Positions 55,963 to 64,000 of a stretch of 64,000 nt of DNA are shown piece after piece (positions within the stretch are counted from its first letter, which is position 1; every line of letters starts with the position of its first letter). Both the position numbers and the translations under genes were made by a program. The DNA comes from Eledone cirrhosa (Eukaryota). The notes below the pieces were generated by a model. That model had not been told where the DNA came from. It did no database searches and saw only the letters and a program-made list of their open reading frames with translations. The stretch spans positions 324,446,001-324,510,000 of the forward strand of contig OZ024740.1 in the NCBI GenBank assembly GCA_964016885.1. The letters run 5' to 3'.

Positions 55963-57873
55963 ATGGCGGAGCCACGCCCCCTAGAGGCGGGTCTGCTGTC
56001 GTGCAACGGCGACTTGAGCGTTGAGAGGAGAGGTGAGGCGAGGAGCGCCACCAGCACGAATGTGAGCAGCGACAGTGCCAGCACCAACGGGCCGAGCGGC
56101 GCGGAAGGTGGTAACAGCGACAACACCAACACCAACAAGCCGAACAGCGCAGAAGGTGGTAATAACGAGAGCACCAACAAAACGAACAGCACAGAGAGTA
56201 ATAGTAGCGACAGCAACAGCACCAACAAGGCCAACAGCACAGAGGGTAACCACGACACAGGGGAGAACAACAACAGCAATAGCAGCAGCAACACCAACAA
56301 GAACAACAACAGTGACAACACCAACAAGAACACTTTCGCTGCTGTGGCAGCGGCTAAAAGGAGACCATGCTACAGCATCGACTTAACCAACAGAGAGGAA
56401 AAGTTGGCCCAGGCCTGGAAAATCATAAATCAAGAGCAGACCTGGGCAAACTTAACTGTCCCGGCAGAAGCCATTGAGGCAGTGGAAAAAAGAACGGTGC
56501 ATTTCAGATGCATCTCAGTAGAGACAAAGAGGGCAGCGATAATCGCCCAAGCTGACATAGAAGCCGCACTGAAATACATCAGAGAGGACACAGACTTCAT
56601 AGAGAGGGGCAGGCAATACGGCACCGTTTCGGTGCTGTTCAAGTCTGAAGCCCTCGCTGTGAAGCATTCAATGACCCCTTGCAAAACCAGCAAGGTCATA
56701 ATGTACCCCTCCCACATGGGAAAACGAATAGCACGTGTGCGCATTCCCAGGATTCCACCAGGACTTGATATGTGGTGGCTCCTGGGTTGCGTAATCGTGG
56801 AAGGAACGGATACAGTCCCGGTAGAGGCAACGAGAACTGCCAGGGACGACTGGTCCGGGGTTGATCTGGAGATACTGCTCCAAATCAGACCCGAAAACGT
56901 AAAAACAATCCCGGACCACATCCGCCTCCAAAACGGGAGGGTGTTGCATATAATGACTGAGGGCAAAAGGCCGCATTGTTTCCTTTGTGGGGAAACGACA
57001 CACTTGCGAGCCTTCTGCCCTCAACTGCCGAAAAGCGCAAGGGGTCGAAAGATTCCACTGCTGGCGACGCCGGGACAAGGACCACCAGCAACACCGTCAA
57101 CAATGGAACCACCAAAATTGCACACCCAGGGGGGAAACGAGGAAAGCTCTCCCATTCCCCCTCCCCCCCAAAATACACACACGAACAAGAACATAAACAC
57201 TCACTCAGACACAAACACGCTCACAGCCACAGACCCCTCATCCTCCAGCAGTGAAGATGAGGGAAAACCAAAGTCCCCCAAAATACAAAAAACAAAACAC
57301 AAAAAAAAAAGAAATCCACAAAGCACAAACACCCCCACAAAAAAAAATACACACACCACCCACACAAACATTTTCCCCACAGCATCACCAACACAACCAC
57401 CAAAATCCCCCAAACGCAAACAAGCTAAACAGACACAAGAACAAATAGACACACAAACATCAGAAACTACAGACACCCCACCCACAACAAACGCAGACAC
57501 AATAGAAACAACACTAACAAAGCTATCACCACCACAATCACACGAACAAATAAAACCCGAGCAACAAAACATTAAAAACTTCGTGCTTGCCAGAAGGGCC
57601 AACAAGGAATTGATGGCCCATGTAGCACGAAGCACAAACATCGAAAAAGACGGGGAAACATTTGAAGCGAGCACATTTCGCGTACCAGATAATTTGCTTC
57701 TGATGCGAATGTCGCTCGCTTCATACAAAGAAATTCGAAAGAGCTTTCCTCGGGATGTGGGAACCCCGAACGTAAAACCCACGTCAAGACTATTAAAGGG
57801 GTTCCCAAAAGAAACCCCACAAACCATGGAGGTCGAACCACCCGACCTTCACAAGACCCCGGAAGGTAAGTAA
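55963..57873 (+). CDS. Tx1 ORF1 protein (636 aa), CCHC zinc knuckle
   Basis: Uninterrupted ORF; TFAAVAA motif, CFLCGETTHLRAFC, Pro/Thr/Lys-rich tail. Confidence 0.9.
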   Translation: MAEPRPLEAGLLSCNGDLSVERRGEARSATSTNVSSDSASTNGPSGAEGGNSDNTNTNKPNSAEGGNNESTNKTNSTESNSSDSNSTNKANSTEGNHDTGENNNSNSSSNTNKNNNSDNTNKNTFAAVAAAKRRPCYSIDLTNREEKLAQAWKIINQEQTWANLTVPAEAIEAVEKRTVHFRCISVETKRAAIIAQADIEAALKYIREDTDFIERGRQYGTVSVLFKSEALAVKHSMTPCKTSKVIMYPSHMGKRIARVRIPRIPPGLDMWWLLGCVIVEGTDTVPVEATRTARDDWSGVDLEILLQIRPENVKTIPDHIRLQNGRVLHIMTEGKRPHCFLCGETTHLRAFCPQLPKSARGRKIPLLATPGQGPPATPSTMEPPKLHTQGGNEESSPIPPPPQNTHTNKNINTHSDTNTLTATDPSSSSSEDEGKPKSPKIQKTKHKKKRNPQSTNTPTKKNTHTTHTNIFPTASPTQPPKSPKRKQAKQTQEQIDTQTSETTDTPPTTNADTIETTLTKLSPPQSHEQIKPEQQNIKNFVLARRANKELMAHVARSTNIEKDGETFEASTFRVPDNLLLMRMSLASYKEIRKSFPRDVGTPNVKPTSRLLKGFPKETPQTMEVEPPDLHKTPEGK

Positions 57874-57902
57874 ACCTTTCCTCTCCCATTCATCCTGCCA
57901 GC

Positions 57903-60900
57903 ATGGCCATAAGAGTAGGAAGTTTAAATGTTCGTGGCCTGGGGTCGCCCTGGAAGCAAGGTCACTTGCTCAACGACCTCAGGTCACTAGGAGTGGATGT
58001 AATTGCCATCAGTGAGACCAGAATTTCCGACACACGCGCACTGGCGCCGATTTTCGACGATTATCAGATCTTTGCATCTGTTAGTCGGCCGGGAATGGGA
58101 GGTGGAGTGGCTGTGCTGTTTAGGAAATGTCTGGATCTCGAGGTAAGGTCAATCTTCCGGGATCCTGACGGAAAGTTGGTGGTCCTGGACGTGAGCAATA
58201 GCGAAGGTGGTGCCTTTAGACTGGTGGCCGTCTACGCCCCTACTGGGGCCGGTCGGCCGGACTTCTTTAGGCGCCTGGAAAACTTTCTGCTTACGTCTCG
58301 CCCTTTACTGTTAATAGGGGATTGGAATGGCATCTTAGAAGCACGCTGGGATTGTGTGGGAGTATCTGATAGGAGCGGGGGGTGCAAAAGCCTCAAGTAC
58401 CTGATCAGCCAGTTTCAACTGTCTGACAGGTACCGACTAGATTTCCCTAATGCGCCAGTATGGACCTGGACCAATCGCATAGGGTCATCTAGATCGTACA
58501 TAGATAGGATTTTCATTAGGAAAAGAGATAGAAATAGTGTAGGATGTCCACATTTTAAAACGGTTGCCTATTCAGATCACAAGCTTGTGATCTGTATGGT
58601 CGACCTAGATAAGACACGTAGGTTAGGACCTAGCTACTGGAAGCTAAACATGTCGTTTCCGGCACGTAAAGCTTACAGGGACCGGGTCAACAACTTAGTT
58701 AAGCAAAAGTTGACAGGGGGGGTTGTCAACAACAGGTGGTGGGGGGCACTCAAAAGAGAGATTAGAGCAACCTCGATAGGATTTAGCAAAGAAGTAGCAA
58801 TAGAGAAAAATAGAAAGGAGGAGGGGCTGATAGCTAAGTTAGACGAGGCTATTTGTAGTGGCATTGCAACAGACGTGCTAGCGGCGAGAATGGCACTAGA
58901 CCATTTCTTCAATGCGAAACACGAAGGTTGCATTGTCAGAGCTAAGGCGCGTGCTCTGAGGAACGAGGGAAGCAAAGCTGCCCGATGGGCTCGCTTTGCA
59001 GAGACGCAGCGTGGAAATAAAACCACAATTCGGTCTTTGACGGATCGAGATGGACACGAACTGAGCGATTCCAAGCAGATGTGTGAGGCCTTTCGCCAGC
59101 ACTTTGCTCGATTGTTCGGGAGGATGGGTGAGTCGGAGACGGCGGCGGACTTCAGTCCCTACCTCGACGGCTTGCCACGCCTCTCGACGGCCGACGCTGA
59201 GCGCTGCGAAGAGCCGATAACATCAGCCGAAATTCAGGACGCCCTTGTCGGCTGCTCGAGTCGCAAGTCACCCGGTTTGGATGGTCTGCCCTACGAGCTT
59301 TACGTAAATATGCCAGACTTGTTCTCCGATCTCCTCGAAGCGCTCTACTGCAACTGGCAGCAGAACGGGAGCATTCCCAGTTCTGTGAGCCGTGGCGTAG
59401 TGACGCTGATAAGGAAAGACGAGAACAAGAGGGACACACTAGATAATTTCAGGCCCATAACCCTGCTCAACACAGAGTTTAAGATTTTGGCCAAGGTGTT
59501 AGCGAAAAGGTTGGCGCTTGTCGTCAAAGATTTGGTTGGGGAGGCGCAAACTTGCGCAATCCCGACCAGGTCCATACACGACAACCTCCACCTCATGCGA
59601 TACATCATAGAGAGGGTTGGGTGCAAACCTGGCTTCGGTGGGGCTCTGATCAATTTAGATCAATCGAAAGCATTCGATAGGGTCGACCATCGGTACTTGG
59701 AGGCTGTCCTCGAGGCGGCTGGCTTCGGCCCCGTCTTCAGAAGCTGGATCGCTGCAATGTACAGCGGCATCCGCTCGGTGGTCAAAGTTAATGGCCACCT
59801 CTCGGAACCGTTTCAGATCTCTCGATCGGTCCGTCAAGGGTGCCCTCTCTCCTCACTTCTGTACGTATTGACTCTTGAGCCTCTACTGCGGAAGCTGGAG
59901 TTGTTGCAGGGCATCCCGCTCGAACCGGGACGTAGAAAGGCTGCGTCCGCTTATGCGGACGACATCACCGTGATGGTGTCGGACACCTCGGAAATCGAGG
60001 TGATCCGCACCCATTTGGAGGAATATGAAAGGTTGACGGGAGCAAAACTTAACCCGGAAAAGTCGGTGGGCTTGCAGCTCGGCACCTGGAGAGGCAAGTC
60101 CATGCCGTCCAACAGCGTCGTTGGGCGCTGGACAGACGGACCGGTAAAGTTGCTCGGGGTTTGGTTCGGACCAGACCTCCAGGTGGATAAGAATTGGGAC
60201 GAGGTGACGAGCAGGATAGCCAACCTCACCCAGAAATGGGCTGAGAGAAAGCTATCACTGAAAGGGCGGGCGGAGGTGGCGAACGCGTACATCGCGTCCG
60301 TCATCTACTACCGCCTGACCGTCGTGCCTTGCCCCCGTCCACGCCTCGCCAATTTGGAACGGCTCCTTTTCAAATTTTTGTGGAGGGGACGGGTCCCGTT
60401 GGTGAGGCGGTCCATCTGCTGCCAGCACCCTCTTCGTGGAGGGCTGGGCATGCCGTGGCTAATGATGCGCAGACATGCGCTGAGGCTGCGACATCTCCAG
60501 ATATTTTGCCTAAACGGTGAACAGGTGTGGTCGCCGTTTGTTAGACGGGCCTTTCCGCAGCTCATCTCTTTGACTGAGCTGCAGTCCTGGGTCAAGAAGA
60601 GACCGAGACTGGGCGACTGGCATCTGGAATGTTGCCAGGCGCTCACTGCACTCTGCAAGGTGGGCAATGCGGTCAGTGGAACTTCCACTCAAGATTTCTA
60701 TAGAGGATTAGTGGAGGGCAAGTGCGATGACGTACTAGGAGAGGCTCTGGGCGTCAACGAAGTAGAACTGACCAGTATGTTCCGGAGGACTTTCGAGCCG
60801 GGGACGATGGATAACTTCCAGAAATCCCTCGCTTGGCAGTGCTACCGGGGGGCGCTGCCGGTTCGGGATAAACTCTACAGGCACGGAAGTGCTGTCAGAC

Positions 60901-61322
60901 GAACCTGCCCGAGATGCGCGCAGAGCGACGAAACCGTTCTGCACGCACTCGTCCAGTGTCCGTGCATTGCTGACTTGTGGGGTTATGTCGAACAGCTATT
61001 GTCGCGTGTAGAACGGATCCGGCTATCGTCCGAGTCCATAGTGAAGATTGACCCGCCGCCTTCTTTTGGTCAGGAAGGGCAGGCAATTTTCCTCTGCCTG
61101 GTGGCAGTAGCGAAAGAGGTTGCATGGTGGACCAGGTTGAAAGGACTGAAGACAGACACTTTTCTCTTCGGCCAATCCCTCATCAACTTCTTCAAGTTTC
61201 ACTTGGAAAGGAAGGTGAGGGTGGAGAGAGAAGTGCTGCCCCCCAGTACATTTACTGAAAGGTGGGTGAATGTGGCGAGAATGGCCCGCGTGAGTGGGCC
61301 TACTCTGATCATGCGCCTGTAG
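57903..61322 (+). CDS. Tx1 ORF2 protein (1139 aa): APE endonuclease, reverse transcriptase, C-terminal zinc finger
   Basis: SLNVRG, ISET, VYAP, GDWN, YIDR, SDH; KSPGLDG, RPITLLN, DQSKAFDRV, RQGCPLS, YADD, LLGV; CPRC..ETVLHALVQC. Confidence 0.97.
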   Translation: MAIRVGSLNVRGLGSPWKQGHLLNDLRSLGVDVIAISETRISDTRALAPIFDDYQIFASVSRPGMGGGVAVLFRKCLDLEVRSIFRDPDGKLVVLDVSNSEGGAFRLVAVYAPTGAGRPDFFRRLENFLLTSRPLLLIGDWNGILEARWDCVGVSDRSGGCKSLKYLISQFQLSDRYRLDFPNAPVWTWTNRIGSSRSYIDRIFIRKRDRNSVGCPHFKTVAYSDHKLVICMVDLDKTRRLGPSYWKLNMSFPARKAYRDRVNNLVKQKLTGGVVNNRWWGALKREIRATSIGFSKEVAIEKNRKEEGLIAKLDEAICSGIATDVLAARMALDHFFNAKHEGCIVRAKARALRNEGSKAARWARFAETQRGNKTTIRSLTDRDGHELSDSKQMCEAFRQHFARLFGRMGESETAADFSPYLDGLPRLSTADAERCEEPITSAEIQDALVGCSSRKSPGLDGLPYELYVNMPDLFSDLLEALYCNWQQNGSIPSSVSRGVVTLIRKDENKRDTLDNFRPITLLNTEFKILAKVLAKRLALVVKDLVGEAQTCAIPTRSIHDNLHLMRYIIERVGCKPGFGGALINLDQSKAFDRVDHRYLEAVLEAAGFGPVFRSWIAAMYSGIRSVVKVNGHLSEPFQISRSVRQGCPLSSLLYVLTLEPLLRKLELLQGIPLEPGRRKAASAYADDITVMVSDTSEIEVIRTHLEEYERLTGAKLNPEKSVGLQLGTWRGKSMPSNSVVGRWTDGPVKLLGVWFGPDLQVDKNWDEVTSRIANLTQKWAERKLSLKGRAEVANAYIASVIYYRLTVVPCPRPRLANLERLLFKFLWRGRVPLVRRSICCQHPLRGGLGMPWLMMRRHALRLRHLQIFCLNGEQVWSPFVRRAFPQLISLTELQSWVKKRPRLGDWHLECCQALTALCKVGNAVSGTSTQDFYRGLVEGKCDDVLGEALGVNEVELTSMFRRTFEPGTMDNFQKSLAWQCYRGALPVRDKLYRHGSAVRRTCPRCAQSDETVLHALVQCPCIADLWGYVEQLLSRVERIRLSSESIVKIDPPPSFGQEGQAIFLCLVAVAKEVAWWTRLKGLKTDTFLFGQSLINFFKFHLERKVRVEREVLPPSTFTERWVNVARMARVSGPTLIMRL

Positions 61323-61603
61323 GCTGGTGAATTCGAGAAGGAGAGGGGTGCCCTTCCCGGGTGCCCTAGGAGCGTCGGGTGGCTCAGGACTGGTGGGGTG
61401 CTTGAGTCAACCCTGGGTGGTGATCCCTCTTATTGGGGAACTTTCATTGTTGTATTTTTATTGTTATTTTGTTTTTTTTGTTATTTATACTTACTCGATC
61501 TCTATGTAAACCCCCACTGTCCCTGTCTATTGTGTTGTCCCCTATATGTCGGCCCTTGTGGCCAATAAATGAAATCATTATTATTATTATTATTATTATT
61601 ATT

Positions 61604-61666
61604 AGTAGTAGTAGTAGTAGAAGTAGTAGTAGTAGTATTATTATTAGTAGGAGTAGTAGTAGTAGC

Positions 61667-61727
<61 letters not shown>

Positions 61728-61926
61728 ATGGTGGTGGTGGTGGTGGTGGTGGTGGTGGTGGTAGAAGTAGTAATAGTAGTAGTAGTGGTAGTAGTAGTAG
61801 TAGTAATAGTAGTAGTAGTAGTTGTGTTAGTAGTAGTGGTGGTAGTAGTAGTAGTGGTCGTAGTAGTAGTAGTGGTGGTGGTCGTGGTAGTAGTAGTGGT
61901 AATAGTAGGGGTAGTAGTAGTAGTAA

Positions 61927-61962
<36 letters not shown>

Positions 61963-62058
61963 AAGTAGTAATAGTAGTAGTGGTAGTAGTAGTAGTAGTA
62001 ATAGTAGTAGTGGTGGTGGTGGTGGTAGTCGTAGTTGTGTTAGTATTAGTGGTGGTAA

Positions 62059-62101
<43 letters not shown>

Positions 62102-62460
62102 GGTGGTGGTGGTGGTGGTGGTGGTGGTGGTAGAAGTAGTAGTAGTAGTAGTAGTTGCTGGTATCGTTGCTTTTCTTTTGTTGTTGGTGTTGAACTTGGT
62201 GTTGTGTTATTGCTGCTGTAGTTCTTGTTGCACTTGGTGATGTTGTAGGTGCTGTACTTGTAGTTGGTTGTAGCTGATGTTGTTGTTGCTGATGGTGTTG
62301 CTCTTGTTACTGTTGTTGCTGATGGTGTTGCTCTTGTTACTGTTGTTGTTGTTGTTATTTTATTCTCAGGTTGTTGTTTTGTTTTTATTGTTGCTATTTT
62401 TACTGTCGTTATTTCTGTTGTTTTTATTTGTGTTATTGTTGTTGTCGTCACTGCTTCTAT
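61604..62460. repeat. (TAG)/(TGG)/(TTG) low-complexity tract
   Basis: Directly visible. Confidence 0.9.
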
Positions 62461-62799
62461 ACTACAGTTTAAATGGGAATACAGCACATCATGTATTTTA
62501 GTGTAATTGGTTGAGTATTCCACAGGCAGAGGTGACACAATATAGCGTGCCAATGCTAGATGTTTCAATTACAGATGCAGCCCATCGGACGAAGTTTCAA
62601 TCAGGTTCCCTCTATTCCCTATCAAATTTTCCTCTTAAAACCTGGATCAAACCTAGGATTTGGTAAATGGCACTAGCCAAAGATACTACCTAATGGATCG
62701 AACCCCGGACTTCAAGACTGCTAACCTAATTTCCTAACCGCTCAGGCATGCCTTCTTAGAAAAATGGGAAGGCAAGAAGCGGATCGTCATATTGGAACA

Positions 62800-62980
62800 G
62801 GGAGACAATGTTTCCATTTGTTTTTTTCCATTACTAATACTATATGTCGGTCGCAACCCCTGACAAAATGAGCAACGTAAAATAAATAAAAAATTATTAC
62901 TCAAGAAAAACAAGCCCTGTCCAGAAATTGAACACATGGCTTTCTTATCATATGCCCAACAATCTGCCCACTGGGCCACC
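62800..62980 (-). mobile_element. SINE family 2 diverged copy
   Basis: CTAATACTAT..GTCGGTCGCAAC..CTCAAG..GAAATTGAAC colinear with 31350-31530. Confidence 0.55.
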
Positions 62981-63240
62981 TGTCTTGCTGGAATAGGATA
63001 CATTCTACCTCAATTAAATTCCACGACAATATCCTTTTAAAATCAGTGACTGTAATAAAATATAAACTAGTGGTCTATTTACATTAGTTCATATGAATAT
63101 AATAGACGCACTAAATACTCTTGGCCAAGAGACAACACCATGTTTATTTGACAGAGCGAAACAAATAATCTTTTTTTTGAGTGGGAAAGTAGCAAGTATC
63201 TGTGAATTTACGACTGATTAACTTTTAATAACTCAGGTAA

Positions 63241-63352
<112 letters not shown>

Positions 63353-63380
63353 CCCTTCTCTCTCTATATATATATACATA

Positions 63381-63411
<31 letters not shown>

Positions 63412-63512
63412 ATATATATCTATATATGTATGTATATATATATGTATATATATATATATGTATGTATATTAATTCAAAATATTAACAAAATAGATATTCT
63501 GGTGATCAATTA

Positions 63513-63579
63513 TATTTTATTATACATATTTCAGAGGTACTGAGTTAAGTTCGACAGTACGTCCTCATCAGATAAAATA
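63513..63579 (-). ncRNA. Minimal type I hammerhead ribozyme (second copy of the 12134 family)
   Basis: Near-exact reverse complement of 12134-12200 inside element 63467-63622. Confidence 0.85.
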
Positions 63580-63625
63580 AGATGATGCATGACATACCCT
63601 GACATAGTAGATGGTTAAGATTCAG

Positions 63626-63657
<32 letters not shown>

Positions 63658-63689
63658 TACATATATATACATACATACTTATATACATA

Positions 63690-63740
<51 letters not shown>

Positions 63741-63768
63741 AAAACTACAGACCCTCCTTCTCAACTCA

Positions 63769-63810
63769 CCTTTTGAAAAGCAGAAGAACTGCGAAACCGG
63801 TAGGTAAAGG
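63769..63810 (+). ncRNA. U3-A8 variant hammerhead (second copy of the 44594 family)
   Basis: CCTT-TTGAAAA-GCAG(AAGAA)CTGC-GAAA-CCGG-TA-GGTA-AAGG; 4-bp GGTA duplication at the cleavage site. Confidence 0.65.
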
Positions 63811-64000
63811 AACCAAATAAATATATATATTTAAAAAAAAAATAAGACTTCAGTTGCATTTTCGATTTCATCTTTTTTTATTTATACTTTCACTCGTGTA
63901 GGACACCTCGGTTATTTTTCATTTTGTAAAAAAAACCTCACTTTCTAATATATATATATATATATGTATACATACATACATACATATATATGTGTGTGTG

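Larger units (their letters stand above)
55747..61576 (+). mobile_element. Tx1-clade LINE, full-length with both ORFs intact (copy 2), inserted in (ATT)n
   Basis: 216-nt 5'UTR, ORF1, 29-nt spacer, ORF2, 3'UTR with AATAAA at 61564; (TTA)n at 55724-55746 and 61577-61603. Confidence 0.95.

Noticed and set aside
57866-57901. 36-nt intron fusing Tx1 ORF1 to ORF2
   Set aside because: Too short for a typical intron, and removal gives GAA GCA TGG CCA TAA, out of frame with ORF2
56430-60944. Antisense ORFs inside the Tx1 and R4 elements
   Set aside because: Shadow frames of GC-richer coding sequence with no motifs

Overview
Eukaryotic, AT-rich, extremely microsatellite-dense animal DNA. The repeat landscape resembles octopus/cephalopod genomes (inference from recalled SINE sequence, not verified). 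No host gene can be called confidently, and there is no CRISPR array or rRNA. All real coding capacity is retrotransposon-derived: two Tx1-clade (L1 superfamily) LINEs (4813-10299 decayed; 55747-61576 intact), two R4/Dong-type RLE LINEs plus a 3' fragment, a Penelope-like RT/GIY-YIG remnant (Naiad-like linker) and an RTE RT fragment. There are also many tRNA-derived SINEs, two RTE-5'UTR-like non-autonomous families with (ATGT)n tails, and MITE/foldback elements. The most striking unannotated signal is about eleven minimal type I hammerhead ribozyme motifs from several short non-coding families. They show covarying palindromic stem III and a compensatory U3-A8 core variant, mostly lie beside (TA)n tracts, and often sit in long fold-back palindromes whose junctions fall in the catalytic core. 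The LINEs each sit in a specific microsatellite ((TATC)n, (ATT)n, (CATA)n), suggesting partitioned microsatellite targeting.
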